Below, piece after piece: positions 37,846 through 51,702 of a stretch of DNA of 64,000 bases (positions within the stretch are counted from its first letter, which is position 1; every line of letters starts with the position of its first letter). The notes below the pieces were generated by a model, which saw only the letters and a list, made by a program, of their open reading frames with translations, ran no database searches and was not told where the DNA came from. The stretch is taken from contig NC_043007.1 of the NCBI RefSeq assembly GCF_006345805.1, positions 32,488,001 through 32,552,000 of the forward strand. Reading direction: 5' to 3'. A program made the translations under genes and the position numbers. The stretch comes from Octopus sinensis (taxonomy: Eukaryota).

Positions 37846-38163
37846 GACTCCGCCGGTTACGACGATGAGGGTCCCAGCTGATACGATCAACGGAACAGCT
37901 TGCTCGTGAAATTAACGTGCAAATGGCTGAGCATTCCACAGACACGTGCCTTAACGTAGTTCTCGGGGATAATCAGCGTGACACAGAGAGTGACAAGGCT
38001 GACCCTTTGAAATACAAGTACAACTCATTTTTGCCAGCTGAGTGGACTGGAGCAATGTGAAATAAAGTGTCTTGCTCAAGGACACAACGCGTCGCCGGGA
38101 ATCGAACTCACAACCTTACGATCATGAGCCGAATGCCCTAACCACTAAGCCACGCACCCTCAC
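37846..38163 (-). mobile_element. tRNA-derived SINE family B, full-length
   Basis: Minus-strand head GGTGCGTGGCTTAGTGG...GAGTTCGATTCCC (A and B boxes), then GTGTCCTTGAGCAAGACACTT central block. Confidence 0.88.
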
Positions 38164-38427
38164 TGAAAAAAAAAAAGATTCTATTAGCATAAAGAGAACA
38201 TCGTTATCATTATTTCAATGTCCACTTTCCCATGCCTGCACGGGTCAAATGGAATTCACCGAAGTAGATTTTCTGCAACCTGATGCCCTTACTGTTAACA
38301 AATCCCTCTCGTTTCCAAGCAGGGAATCATTTCCTCACAGCCAGATATGTTTGCACAAAAGTGACATTCATTTACAACCATTGTGTGATGCAAAGACAAG
38401 GAGACATAAAAAAAACACACACACACA

Positions 38428-38587
38428 ACAGGCTACTTTCAGTTTCCATCTACCGAGTCCACTCAAAAAGATCATGGTCGGCCCAAGGCTACAGTAGAAG
38501 ACACTTGCTCAGGGTGCCATGCAGTGGGACTGAACCCTAAATCATGTGGCTGGAGAGGAAACTTTTCAACTACACAGCTATTCCTGT
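38428..38587 (-). mobile_element. SINE family A, 5' half
   Basis: TTTCAGTTTCCATCTACC...GTGCCATGCAGTGGGACTGAACC. Confidence 0.75.
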
Positions 38588-41500
38588 TATATTCCTATTA
38601 TATTCCATATAATTAGGAAAAAGCTCTGCAGCATGATTTCAAACCAGATGTAGAAGATCCAATTTTCTAACACAGATCAGCAATCTATGTTCTTAAACTG
38701 TATACTTCACTTCCATAATCCACTTTCCCCTAATTCTCCGTAACAAATGAAAAGTTGCATCCAACAAGATTCCTGAAACATTCTTTATTTTCATGATATT
38801 CCCAACAAATATTAACAAGCTTTTATCAGATGCTGTGCAACATCATTTAAGCTTTTGAAGCTGCCACTACTTTTTATAAGCAGTGCTCATGCATACTATA
38901 TTACAAATGCCATTATCAGCTTACTTCTATAACCTACAAGTTTTAAACCGTTTTAGAATATGAAATAATGACAAATGACCACATCCCATGTCTTTCAGCA
39001 AGTATACAATATGAAACGCCAGCGATAAACAAAACTGTCTTCAGAAGTAACATGCTACTCCTTACCAACATTACAAGAATTATTCAAATATACATTTCGT
39101 AAATAACTCTACCAAGACCAAGAACTTTTCCAAACAAAAATTATATGGTGTCCCAACATGGCCACAGCCTTGGGGATGAAACATAAAAAAGAACAAAAAA
39201 ATTTAACACATAGATTTAACCTTCTAGTATTCACACCAGCCATATCTGGCCCAAATATTCTACCTGTTTTATGCACATTATGCTATTGGTAGTCACTGTA
39301 ATTGTAAGCCAAAAGATGACAGACATTTCCTATGGTGTATGCTGTGTCTTGAATCAATGTGTATAGATAGATAGGTAGACAACATAAATACACCACATAT
39401 GCTTAAACATATACATACACCTATAAGAATAACACACACATACACACAAACAAAAGATAAAAGTATAGAGAAAATACTGTGATAAAGGTGAAATATTTGT
39501 ATTAAAAACTTGAGAGATCTGCATTGCTAAAAGTTTCACAAACGCAAAAACATGTTTGGCCATTAAGGTGCAATGATAGTGAATGGGTGAGGCAGTGATG
39601 CCTTCTAAATAAGGCTGATTGTCATTTTTTGCTGATGTATAAGGCTCGTTTTTATAAGGAAGAGCCTTGATAATAATGTTCCCGGTTATACCAACCAGCT
39701 CATTTCCTTCATCCTGAATCCTCCAGCTAAGACAGAATAAGGAAATGGAGTTTTCCTTGTCCCTGGGTCCTGAAAGCATGCATATGCTGAAGAAGCAGCC
39801 ATTGAAACCAATGGTTGCGAGTCTTATGTAGCTTCTCAAGATACCATAAAGTGAGTTAAGAGTTGCTCTATAGGCCACTACCTTCAAAAAGACAGAAACC
39901 CCTCAGTGAACAGGGAGATTTGATTTTTCTTTTTTTAACTGTAGCAAGTGATCAGCAGGATCAAGCCTGGACAAGTGATGTTGAAAGGGATGCCATTTCA
40001 ACAAGAACTAAACTCATTATGCACAAGCAAAAAGTTCATGGTATTTGTATGCTTGCTAATTTTGCCTCATTAGGGACCAAAAATTTCTTGGCTAGAAACA
40101 TCAAAGATGTAGAGAGAAGTGTTTCCCTCTTCCTAAATCCCATTCTGAAGAAGAGTGGGATATCCTACATGTACCCTAACTTCTCATTAAAGTCACTACA
40201 GCTTGTGTTGTCTCTGTTTCTCAATCCTTTCATACAGTATACTAGGTTAGAGAAAGGGGTGGTTTTGGTACAACTGGGATCAAACCAGGGAACATCTTAG
40301 CCACTCCATCATACTTCAGCCTAAATGCCACCTCCACCATCATCATCATCATTGCCACTGTTGTCCTCATCATCATTATTTTTCATCCATTTTCCGTGAT
40401 ATAACAACAATGCTCATAATCTATTTCTCTGTGTGTTCCTTACATTTTATAAAAACAGTCCAGTGTACTGCAAGAATTTTTTTGGCCCTTGTCCACATAA
40501 ACGCAAATCCTGTCTAAAATTCCCCCTACTTCTGACACCTCAAATGGTCAAAACAAACTTTGTTCCTTATTTTTACTAACACCATTGATAGGAAAGAGAC
40601 ATAAGAAAACACATACACATTAACATAACAACAACAACAATAACACAAATACATAATTAGATGCAGACAACACATACATATCCAACACACATCAAAATAA
40701 AGCACAATGTATAGACACATTTTACAAGGCTTCGGACCTTTTATACACACATCATGTTTATATCATTAAAAAAATTAGAAACTTTGAGAGAGTGTGAAAT
40801 AATTTATTTTAATTGTTGAACTCAAAGTGAACAAAGCTATAAATAATAATGCGTAAAATATTGGGTTAAAAAACCCTTAGAATAGAAAAAGCCAAAGACC
40901 GCTAGTGGGACAATGGTAGGACATGTGTCATACGTACAGAAGATGTGGGTTCGTGTCCCAAGAGCAACTTTGGACTCATTTAATCAAAGCGTTTTTTTAA
41001 CCTAATATTTACAAGCTATTTATTATTTACAGTTTTATCCACTTGTTCAACAGTTTAAATGAAGAGGAAAGGGAGGGGGACACGCAAGTTCTTTATATTT
41101 AGTCGGGAACAATAACTAGAAGATTAACGTTCTCGATTCCATCAGTCAGACATTTCCAGACTTTCATAATTTCATTTTCAAATTAAAAACTGTTATAATG
41201 GCATGTTATATACAATAAGTGCTACATGGCCCACATTAAGTTGCACAGGGTCTTGGGAATCATTTTTATAGCAGATAAAAATCCTCAATGCCAAATTTAA
41301 AATCATAAAACAGAAAATCCTAGATTTCATTTATATCACAATATATTTTTTTACATGATGTATTTGTGCATTTGATTTTGGTTTGTATTTTGTTACAAAT
41401 TACAAACCCCCTTCTTACACATATGTTAGACATACATACCAAAATACATGCACCCGTAATAATGCATGCATGTACACAGACACACATGCACACCCATGAC

Positions 41501-41723
41501 GGCTGCATTTGTTACATGTAGACAATAACGGGGACTCTCACAGCTACTGTGTATGCAAGCATATGTGCATAAAATATTGGGGGATTTTCTCGTAAATACA
41601 GATTATCTAACGTAATTGTTATCAAGCTAAATCAGTTCTCATTAGCTTAATGTTACTTGTTAGTTATTTTTAGTGAAAGCTTTTGCTGCAAAGTGATAAC
41701 AAAAGCATGACATACATGTATGG

Positions 41724-41724
<1 letters not shown>

Positions 41725-41789
<65 letters not shown>
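41725..41789. repeat. (TA)n(CA)n compound microsatellite
   Basis: Direct inspection. Confidence 0.95.
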
Positions 41790-41790
<1 letters not shown>

Positions 41791-41795
41791 TACAT

Positions 41796-42124
41796 CAGTG
41801 TTGCTCAAACTTTTTACCCTTGCATAACCCTTAAAATAAATTACATGTCTCAAAGAACACCCGAACAAAAAAAAATTATATACCATATCTTTCTCATTTT
41901 TTCATTGTAGTTCACGTGGCAAATATCATTTATATATATATATATGTATAAGAGATAATGGTGTCATTGAGGCCCAAACTAACTATGACTTAATTTTTCC
42001 TCTCATACCGTCTCGGATGAAGGGATATTATTAATTAATATTCTAGAAAGAGCTATAAGACTCTCTATCTATAAATGCTCTAATATCTATACAACCTTGG
42101 TTTTTTATCTCATTATGCAAAAAA

Positions 42125-42160
<36 letters not shown>

Positions 42161-42389
42161 GTCCATAAATTACAGACATCATTAAATATATCCCCAATGG
42201 TTGTTATATTTTTTTGATAACATAATAGGTTAGATAGGATGATGTCTATATTACAATAACCAAGATATGTTGTGCATGTCTAGTAATATTACAATAATGA
42301 AATTAGTATTAGCTTATCTTTCTCGCGAGAGCCCTAGGGACCTTTTGCAGAACCCTAGGGTTCCAGGGAACCCCAGTTGAGAAACACTG
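41796..42389. mobile_element. hAT (Charlie-like) non-autonomous element with perfect 8-bp TSD
   Basis: CATTACAT|CAGTGTTGCTCAAACT ... AGTTGAGAAACACTG|CATTACAT. Confidence 0.85.
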
Positions 42390-43400
42390 CATTACATAGA
42401 CACACACAGTGAATGATGATGATGATGATGGGGGTCATAGTAAACTCTACCATCAAGAACAACACATATACATTCAGTACCTCTGACCTGCTCACTGGAT
42501 TAATATGCAAAATGGCTTTGCATTCTGCAAATGTGGGTTAACTTAAATGCAATTCTCATGGAGAGAGTGTGGCACAAAGTAGCCAGGCCGGAACTCTGAC
42601 TTACAAAGGGTTTCTCCACAGCTGCTGTTAATGTAATTCCACTCATAAAATTTGGGTAGTGCTAAGACTATGAGAAAAGAAACATTTATGGAAGATGCCA
42701 CGCAATGGGGCAGAACTTGGGACCTTGTGATTGTGAAGTGAACTTCTTAACCACTCAACCATCCATACACACACACACATATACACACCAAAACTGCAAA
42801 GAGATAGACACAAACGTACAAGTACAGCACGCATATATAGAGCCTGATAATTAGATGTATGTGCACATGTGCACGCACGCACACACACACGGAAGACAAA
42901 AGGAACAAATGAATATTCATTATACACAAATTCATACATACCCATGCATATATGTATATATACATACATACACACACAGACACACACACCAAAATCATCA
43001 TCATCATTCAACATCCATCTTCCATGCTGGCATGGGTTGGCCAGTTTGACAGGAGCTGGACCAGACTCCATGCAAAACCAAAATTAAACAGATACATCAT
43101 ATGAAGAAAAACAATGAAATGCCATATAAGTTTGAACTAGGCATTGATTATTTTAAGAAACACATACATACAGATGCACACACGTGCATGCATGTGTGTG
43201 TGTGTGCAAGGGCTATGGTGTTGGCACACAAAACCATCAACTCTGAATCTCAAACTTATGGTCCTATTGGCTCCAACTATTAACTGCCCTATCTTTAATT
43301 GGACTTCCTGCATATATTTATAAATTCACTGATAAAAGACAACATACATGACCCTATGTGGAATAATAATCAAATTACCTTCTCGCCCTGGAAAAGTTTA

Positions 43401-43442
43401 TGCTTAAAGGCTCTGCTTAAAGGCTCTGCTTAAAGGCTCTGC
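43401..43442. repeat. 13-bp unit x3 (TGCTTAAAGGCTC)
   Basis: Direct inspection. Confidence 0.9.
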
Positions 43443-43617
43443 GGTTGTGGCTTTCTTATTTATTAAAGAAGTTACTGACAATTGAATGTAACATGAAGCT
43501 TACAAAGAAGCTGTTTTTATCAGAAGGTTATAAACTAAAAGAATCTATAAAATACAATGTAAAAATATTAGAAAATGAAATCAAGAGCATCTTTGTTTGC
43601 TAGTTCAAAAATCCAAA

Positions 43618-43787
43618 TCCTCATCATTTAATGTCCGTTTTCCGTGCTGGCATGGTTTTGATGGTTTGACTGAGGTCTGGAAAGCCAGCGGTTGCACCAG
43701 GCTCCATTCTGATCCAACAAAGTTTCTACAGCTGGATGCCCTTCCCAATGCCAACCACTCCAAGACTGTAGTGGGTGCTTTTTACGT
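43618..43787 (-). mobile_element. RTE LINE 3'-tail copy
   Basis: TCATCATTTAATGTCCGTTTTCC...CTACAGCTGGATGCCCTTCC. Confidence 0.75.
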
Positions 43788-43950
43788 TTTTTATGTAAAG
43801 TACATCAAAATTAATACTAAGAAATTGAACAATTAATGTAACTTTAAAAAATGACTATTTTAAAAGCAATATGCCTAATTATTTAAGTAACCCTTTATTC
43901 TTCAGGCTAAACTGTTATTTGAATATAAAATTTAAACATTGAGATTAACA

Positions 43951-44175
43951 TTAACCCTTTGGCACTCAAACCAGACCATATCTAGCCCAAAGAATTTATC
44001 TGTTTTATGCACAAACTGGGCAAATCTGGCCTCTCCCACTTACTCAAAATCATTTTCAAATATAAACAATTACATCATTGCAATTTCAAAGCTATGAGAT
44101 AAGCCATGATTAATTCAAAACAATCTGAATAAATAAGCATTACATTCAACAGAGTGATCTGAATGCAGAAGGGCG
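43951..44175. mobile_element. piggyBac-type MITE
   Basis: TTAACCCTTTGGCA ... GAATGCAGAAGGG. Confidence 0.65.
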
Positions 44176-44214
44176 TTTAATAAAAGGAAAACAGGACTAT
44201 AAAATATTCTTTTC

Positions 44215-44588
44215 TACCCGAAATTTTGGGGGAGAGGGCCAGTCGATTAGATCAACCCTAGTACACAACTGGTACTTAATTTTTTGATTCTGAAAGGATG
44301 AAAGGCAGAGTTGACCTCAGCTAATTTGAACTCAGAACGTAAAGACAGGCTAAATACCTATTTTTTTACTACCCACAAGGGGCTAAACAGAGAGGACAAA
44401 CAAGGACAGACAAATGGACTAAGTCGATTATATCGACCCTAGTGTGTAACTGGTACTTATTTAATTGACCCCAAAAGGATGAAAGGCAAAGTCAACCTGA
44501 GTGGAATTTGAACTCAGAACGTAACAGTAGACGAAATACTGCTATGTATTTCGCCCCAGTGTGCTAACATTTCTGCCAGCTCACCGCC
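44215..44588 (-). mobile_element. Two adjacent copies of tRNA-derived SINE family C (Nin/Deu-like central domain)
   Basis: Twice AACTGGTACTTA...AAAGGATGAAAGGCA...GACCT; the second ends TGCCAGCTCACCGCC; matches 52669-52898. Confidence 0.8.
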
Positions 44589-45633
44589 TTATGACTAAAA
44601 AATATTGAAGATATAATCCCTCCAAGATTTATGAAAGTAACACCGTATTTATAGAATAAAGGTAAAACCAGAAATAAATATCTAAAATTTACTAATATAC
44701 CTGGTACTTAGAAATAGGATTGCTTCTACCAGATCTTATTTCATAGTAGACGTTACAACTGATTTAATTATTGTTTAAAATGTGAGACATTTGAAATTTC
44801 TACGTATTGTATTACAATTTACATTTAGTCAGAGTAAGAACAATCTTATTGACACCAGTAACCTAAGATTCACTTTCAACTTCAATTTTACATACCTCGT
44901 ACATATAAACACACACATTCATATCACATAAATATATTAAATGCATCTATAATGACTAATACACACATAGAGAAATATAGGTTTGGTTGAACAAACAGGG
45001 GAAAAAAAACAATACATAATAGTATCTTTTTAATGTAACTTTTACATATTACATTCAAGCCAAATAAAATACACACATACACACACAAAGCACTTTCCAT
45101 ATACATAAGTGCAAATACAAACATACACACACACAAATGTACATACACATACATGTATATATGCTAATACAGATCTTTTATATTCTGTTGTGTACATATC
45201 TGAATGTTTATTTGTCACATTTGTGCTCAAAGAAATCTGCAAGCTATGAATGCAAGTATTGTTGTTGTCACCTCTCCTGTCAACAGATCACCCACTCTGC
45301 TCCCTTTATGCTATCAAAGACATGTGAAATAAGAAATCTTATACTAGCAAAACTAGTATGGATCAATGACAGAAGAGATACCTGTCTGCAAAACCAAGCT
45401 TCAATGATAGGTAGACAAACTCCCAGGCTGTTTCAAGGGCTGAATGAATATCTTGGTATCATGAAGGGTATCTCGTTATAAAATACGAGCTCAAAATGTT
45501 TTGCCCAACTCATGGTACCATGGAAAAGCAGACTTAAAAACTATGAAGATGTTGTTCGCACACACACACACGATGAATGCACACACAAGCAGTAGAGTGT
45601 GTGCAGTTAAGATATTTGTTTCCCAATGATGCA

Positions 45634-45775
45634 ACTTTGGGTTCAGCCCCACTGCATGGCACTTTGGGTTCAGCCCCACTGCATGGCACTTTGGGTTCAG
45701 CCCCACTGCATGGCACTTTGGGCAAGTGCCTTCTACTGTAGTTCCAAACCAACCAAAGTTTTGTCAGCGAAAGAA
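45634..45775 (+). mobile_element. SINE family A head fragment with a 27-bp unit x3
   Basis: ACTTTGGGTTCAGCCCCACTGCATGGC at 45634, 45661 and 45688, then ACTTTGGGCAAGTGCCTTCTACT. Confidence 0.85.
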
Positions 45776-47149
45776 GCTCATCATGTGCATAAGTGCATTG
45801 TTGTTGTTAAGCAACAAGACAGGTAAAGGTGATTAGGTGATGGTCTAGGGCTTGGGAGTGGGAGACCCCAGACCTGGGGGTGGGGGTGGGGCTTTGGTCG
45901 TCTTGTTGTAGTCAAGGGCTCTTTGTTGACGCCCGACACCACTGGGAGGAGGTGGCCCTCGAAGTCGCTGGAAATGGAGATCTCCAGGTGCAAATTCTCG
46001 GACGGCTGCATATTTGCGTGGGTGTGCGTGCACACACCCACGCCTGCACAAATGTGTGTTTCATTACATTTATGCCCTGCAAAAGTTGTGAACTACAAAC
46101 AGTATTTTTTTTCTGTCACTTCTATCGGTAAATCATCCATCTGACTCATTTTGTACCATCAAACACAAATGAAATGAGACATCCCTTACTTGCAACAACA
46201 GATAAGGGATAACAACAGGGAGGATATTTAGCTGTTAAACAATGCCCTTTGTATTCACCTAACCCATGCTAGCACGAAAAAGCAATAGTATAAACGAACA
46301 AATTATATTTGTTGATTCTACATACTTTCATCATGTCTGGTGTTTTGCAAAAGATTCCATCAAGAGAAAGCAGATTTTTACATCTACATACTGCCAAGAG
46401 GTGGGGAAACATGTTTCTTTCTCAGCAACCTGCCCAAATCCCCCACTCCCATACACACCTCCAATCTCATAAAAGTGTATCGTGAATCATACATGATGCA
46501 TCCTCTTAGCTACTAGTATAAAGAAAATAGTTCTGATCTCTGATTGCTACCACATGTGGCATTCAGTAAGCCCTCTTAATACACACACACTACTACTGCT
46601 GCAGTGTGTGCATGTGTTTATGTGCATGCTCCCACTTCTCCAGATCCAAAAGGTAATCGGTGATTGGCTGTACTAATAATTTAGTACATGAAAACGCCTG
46701 GTCATATGGGAACCCACTGGCCATCAACAAAACAACCACACAAACTCTCTGTTTTTGAGATGCAGAAAACAAACATCAAATTATTTATTCACCCTCCAAG
46801 AGAAAGGTCATCACCTCTTTCACTGTCACTATTTACATAAGCACAACAAAAGCTCTGAACAACAAGCAAGACGAAGCAAAAGCTCAACTAGACTCTTCGT
46901 GACAAGGAACAGAGTTACAGATTCTCTTGGGTGGGTACCAATGAGGGGTGGGTGGAGTAGGCAAATTGCTGACAGATAAGGTAGCTGAGGTTTATCAGTG
47001 TGTGCCATAGAATAATTAAGCTTTGTCACAAACAACATGATGGTGACGTCTCTGCATATGAACCACAATGAAGGATGACAGGTGAATGAATGGACCGTTT
47101 TTATAAGGCCCACTTGCAGACTGTTTCACTAACAAATGAAGGCAACCTT

Positions 47150-48030
47150 GTTATCATGACTGTTGTCCTTAATAAGCATGCTTCTCCTATGTACATGCAG
47201 GCTATGGATGTGGTGAGTGACAGAGAAGAATAAAAGCTCCATTTGCTGTGACACAAATGACCTAACGATTTGCAACACTAACTTCAAGAACGTGACCAAC
47301 CATTTGATTGTCTACAACTAAGGCAGACATGCAAACAAAATAGACCACATATTCACCAGGAAACAAGATATGCAACTGACTGTGAATACTGTGGCTTGCC
47401 TTGGAGAATAATGAGTCACACAATATTGACTGGTGATCAGCAACCCTCAAGATAAAAAAGAGCAAGACAGACAATCTGGTGAAGGGAACTACAGAAGCTG
47501 AAACACTTTTTGATTGGCTGGTGTATATGACTGGCAAAAAGAGGAGATGGAGGACAACAGGGAATTTTTAGAGACCTGTTTTGAGTAACAGCCCAGGTCT
47601 GTGCCTGATGCAAGGTTCAAGCTAGGCATGAGGAACAGTGTGAATCAATAGAGCCATAAAAATTAAGAGGTTGGAAAGACTGGAAGAAAAAAATGAGAGA
47701 AAAACCAGCATCTGTTAACTAGAAGACAAAGTAGACATAACAAGAGGGGAAGCGAAAAGTAAGAGGTTTGTAGGTTCTACAATATGGATCAGGGGCATAA
47801 AACACTCTGGATTGCAAAGCAGTGTACCAGAAAGAATTAAGCCTTTGTTCAAGAGAAGTGCGTAGGGAATTACTGTGATGTGCTTGCCTTCACTGATGCT
47901 GGAACAAAACAGGCATAGAAAAGAGAGAGCCTGCCCTAACTAGACCCAAGAAACAGGCCAGTCATTATTGTAGCAGTTGAAAGCATGGTTAGAGTACGAA
48001 GGTAGGGCATGTCTCCTCGTGATTATTACA
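47150..48030 (+). mobile_element. Decayed RTE-like LINE relic (end of endonuclease and linker)
   Basis: Frame-broken TKxTHIFTRKQD...VACLGE..VTQYxLVIS, like QIDYILxRKR...GEECTPQHRLVVSD of the 16-kb element. Confidence 0.45.
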
Positions 48031-48789
48031 ATCATCTAGCCCATATCAGAGGGGTTTAAGGCAGCTATCCATGGTAACTTCTCTATACCAAATACATAGT
48101 CCTCATAGCTGAACCAGTGAAAAAAACTGGCAGAAGAAAAGCTTAAAGAGACTACAAAGGGTCTCCCTCTAATCCTCTGGCACTCATGTGATACAAAGAG
48201 TTTAGATGAATTTCTGCCAACCACACCAATTTGTGCCATCTCTCTGAAGTCAACTTCACATTATCTACATCTCTCGTCATCACATTTCTCACAATTTCCC
48301 TCTTCCACCACTGGCTGTCTATCTCACCCATAAACTAGTTCAAACCAACTCCAATACAGCAATCTTATTAAGTTGTCAATCGGTGTTGCATTTATTTCTC
48401 TCACCCCACACATTGGTCCCTTGATCTGACCACCCGATTCTCTATATTCTACATCAGGCTTTATGCTAGGGGATTTTGCAATGAATGTAATGTGCCGAGA
48501 TAAAATAAGAAATAGAAATAAATAAGAAATACCATTCGTCTATACAAATTTTTATCATTGGGTTTGTCAAAAGATAATTGGACTTTCAATTCAATTTTAA
48601 CTCACACATTCTTGTTCTTTTTTTTAGTTATTCCCCCTAAATGCAAACCAAACAAGTCATTAATTGCAGCCATAGTTCCCAGGTACTCAAAGTCATCATA
48701 CTGCAACTGGATGGATTGGTTATTATTCATATTCATCGTTTCTGTTAATAACCAGACCAACTTTGCTTCCAACTGTTATTAAACTATTT

Positions 48790-49060
48790 CAATATTAATT
48801 GCATTTCTTTTGCTGTTCTTGTAATCGGTACCAGGTTATTGGCATTAACGAAGATCAGTGGCAACTTATTTATTCCTTGTATTCCACCAAACTCTTCCTT
48901 ACAAGGTTTTTTTTTTCCTATCACATAATCAGTCAATAACAGAAAAAGTGAAGGGAGCAAAATGCTTCCTTGGACAACACCAGGTTTTGACTTCAAAAGG
49001 TTCACTGAGAGTTCCATCCACCCTGTTCTGATGTGGTTCCTTTGCAGAAAGGAAGAAGAC
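48790..49060 (-). mobile_element. Decayed non-LTR RT fragment
   Basis: ORF 48784-49200 has PGVVQGSILLPSLFLLLTDYV...FVNANNLVPI, a degenerate GVxQGxxLSPxLF...YADD region. Confidence 0.7.
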
Positions 49061-49267
49061 CAAGGAAGACATAGGCAGAAGTAATGAAAACAGATTTCAG
49101 AAATGTTGAACTTCCCCAGAAGAAATGACAAGTGAGCACAGAAAGTAGTGAGATGTAAATGAAGATGGTGATGATGAAAACGACAATGAAAGAAAACCAT
49201 TTAAAAGTTGTCTCTCTAAGTTGATGACCACTAAAATTAGCAGTGACATCTTTCATAAATACATTTC

Positions 49268-49497
49268 CATGACATGGCCAATGTCAGTGCTGCCCTGACT
49301 GGCCCCTGTGCTGGCGGCACATAAAAAGTACGCACTACACTCTCAGAGTGGTTGGCGTTAGGAAGGGCATCCAACTGTAGAAACACTGTCAGATCAGACT
49401 GGAGCCTGGTGCAGCCTCCTGGCTTCCCAGACCCCAGTTGAACCGTCCAACCCATGCCAGCATGGAAAACAGACATTAAACGATGATGAAGATGATT
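49268..49497 (+). mobile_element. RTE LINE 3'-tail copy
   Basis: GTGGTTGGCGTTAGGAAGGGCATCC...CCAGCATGGAAAACAGACATTAAACGATGATG. Confidence 0.88.
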
Positions 49498-49556
49498 TAA
49501 TCTAAAGTTTATGAAAAAAATTATCCTACAAATCTTATAAAATACAACAAAGATTT

Positions 49557-50086
49557 AATTTAACACTTTAGCATTCACATTGTCAAATAATGTAAATTTT
49601 ATTTATTAAAACTGTCTTGAATTAATCACGCGTTATCTCATAGCTTCAAGATTTCAATGATGTGATTGTTTATTTTTACAATAACATTGTAGGGTAGGTG
49701 TAAAAGGCTGGATCTGGCCAGATTATGTGTAGCCCCAGATCAAACCTGAATGAGCAGCCTTATAATCATAAGCATTCTGTGAACAGCCAACTTTTTTTTT
49801 TCTTGCAGGCAGGTCTTCTAGAACTACACCATCCAATGTGCCATTCCACAAGTATTTTTAAACCCCTTAGTATCCAAACCTGCTATATCTGGCCCAAATA
49901 TTCTACCTGTTTTATGTTCAAACTGGCCATATCTGGCCTCTCACACCTACCCTACTATGTCATTCTAAAAATATGCAATCACATCATCATAATCTCAATG
50001 CTATGAGATAATGCATGATTTATTCAAAACAATGTGAATAAATAAGCAATACATTTGACAAAATAATCTGAGTGTGAAGGGGTTAA
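49557..50086. mobile_element. Two piggyBac-type MITE copies in opposite orientation (49557-49725 and 49858-50086)
   Basis: First reads TCTCATAGCTTCAAGATTTCAATGATGTGATTG; second reads CAATCACATCATCATAATCTCAATGCTATGAGA (mutual reverse complements). Confidence 0.75.
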
Positions 50087-50618
50087 GATGGCATGGTATA
50101 AAATGATAGGGTTTGGCTGTTATTTCTAGCAGGTGATTTGTCTAAGGTTATCGAGTCAAACTGTGCTAACAGCTTAGATTGGTGTTTTACTCCCAAAGTA
50201 TTAAATGCATTCATTCATGAACACCTACGACTCACTGGTTGCTATTTATAAAGCATTGCAATCAAGCTCTTTATAATACAATAGTGAGTGACCAGCACAT
50301 GCCATCGGTGAATTGTTTCATTGCAATTGTTATGGTCAAGCATATAAAATCCTTTAAAGTAATTTATTTTATTATTATTTTAAAATAATTTATTTTTTTT
50401 TTTTTTATCTTTCAGGATTTTCTTAAGCTCCTCCTTCACTTTTTATACAAACTAATACTAGTAGCTTAAGGATGTCTCACAATTGAAGCCCTATTTATAG
50501 CTGTCCCCACAAAAAAGGATCTTTTTCCTCTCTCTTTTAGTGCAATGGTCATCTGATTAAAAATCATATTTCTATAGTAACTGACTGAATTGCAACTTCT
50601 TATTCTAACAATTCTTAA

Positions 50619-50622
<4 letters not shown>

Positions 50623-50688
<66 letters not shown>

Positions 50689-50801
50689 TTTAAGTTTCAG
50701 CTCAGAGCTGCGGCCATGCTAATGCACTGCCAATTTTATATATGTATAAAATCCTTAGGTATGCTGCGACCATGCTGATGCACCACCGATTTTATATATA
50801 T

Positions 50802-50831
<30 letters not shown>
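50623..50831. repeat. Duplicated (TA)n blocks with short SINE-tail fragments
   Basis: Two (TA)n-TAA-(TA)n tracts with CTGCG(G/A)CCATGCT...GCAC motifs between them. Confidence 0.7.
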
Positions 50832-50833
<2 letters not shown>

Positions 50834-51034
50834 AACCCTTAGGTGTGGTTTTGTCTATTTGTTTAACCGGTTTACAGAAACCTCTAGTTGACAACATTTA
50901 ATATTCAAAAGAGAATACATTCTTGCTAAGGAGTCAAAAGCAGTCGCTCATATTCATGACATTTTGATGAGTGATTGCTAACATTGGTAGTTGACGGTAG
51001 AAGAGATGAGTTTCTTGATTAAATTCTTCAACGC

Positions 51035-51070
<36 letters not shown>

Positions 51071-51702
51071 GTGCACACATATGCATGTACATTCACCCAT
51101 TTGATTATGACAGAGTACCTGCCAGCCTACACAATATATCAAGACTTTCATTAATAGGCATTCACATAGTACCCAGAAGTTGTATTTCCATATTTTGCAA
51201 GCAGGAGTGCTCTGCAAATTCCGCATAAGAATACATGAACCATGGATCTTTAACGGATAACATGCTATTCATGGGGAATAAGCTAATTTCTATCCAATCC
51301 AACTGGACTAATAGGCTATGCCGTTAAGCATATGATTAAGTTTATGAATCACCAGCTAACCACCCAAAATTTCCCTAATATATTCAAGCCAATGGCTTTA
51401 ACGAACACACACATACACGCAAAACAGGTTGCAGGACAAAGCAATTTACATTCAGATATATATGTAAACAAAAGGCATGCACAAACAGAACACCACTGCT
51501 ACCAACATCATATTCCTAAATTCCACTTTATTGCATTTATTCTGTACTAAAAAAAAAACGGATTTATCATCTCAACAGTTTTTAATTCAGGGCAAATCTA
51601 TTTAAGCGATAGCTGTTACTAAAAACTAGATCACAAATAATAAATGCATACTACATGAACTACAAATTCTATTGGGTAAGAACACTGGGGTGGTTGGAAC
51701 AG

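Noticed and set aside
39863-40300. RGGFGTTG resembling dUTPase motif 5 near 40250
   Set aside because: dUTPase motifs 1-3 are absent and the motif is out of frame with the ORF. The opposite strand has SDFNEKLG, like a LINE endonuclease GDFN, so a decayed TE or chance match is more likely.
40899-40968. tRNA-like A/B boxes
   Set aside because: Acceptor and D stems do not pair; at most a decayed SINE head.
45781-46144. GC-rich patch with several short ORFs on both strands
   Set aside because: No splice signals in a consistent frame; more like a decayed LINE C-terminus (RGRPP-type) beside simple repeats.
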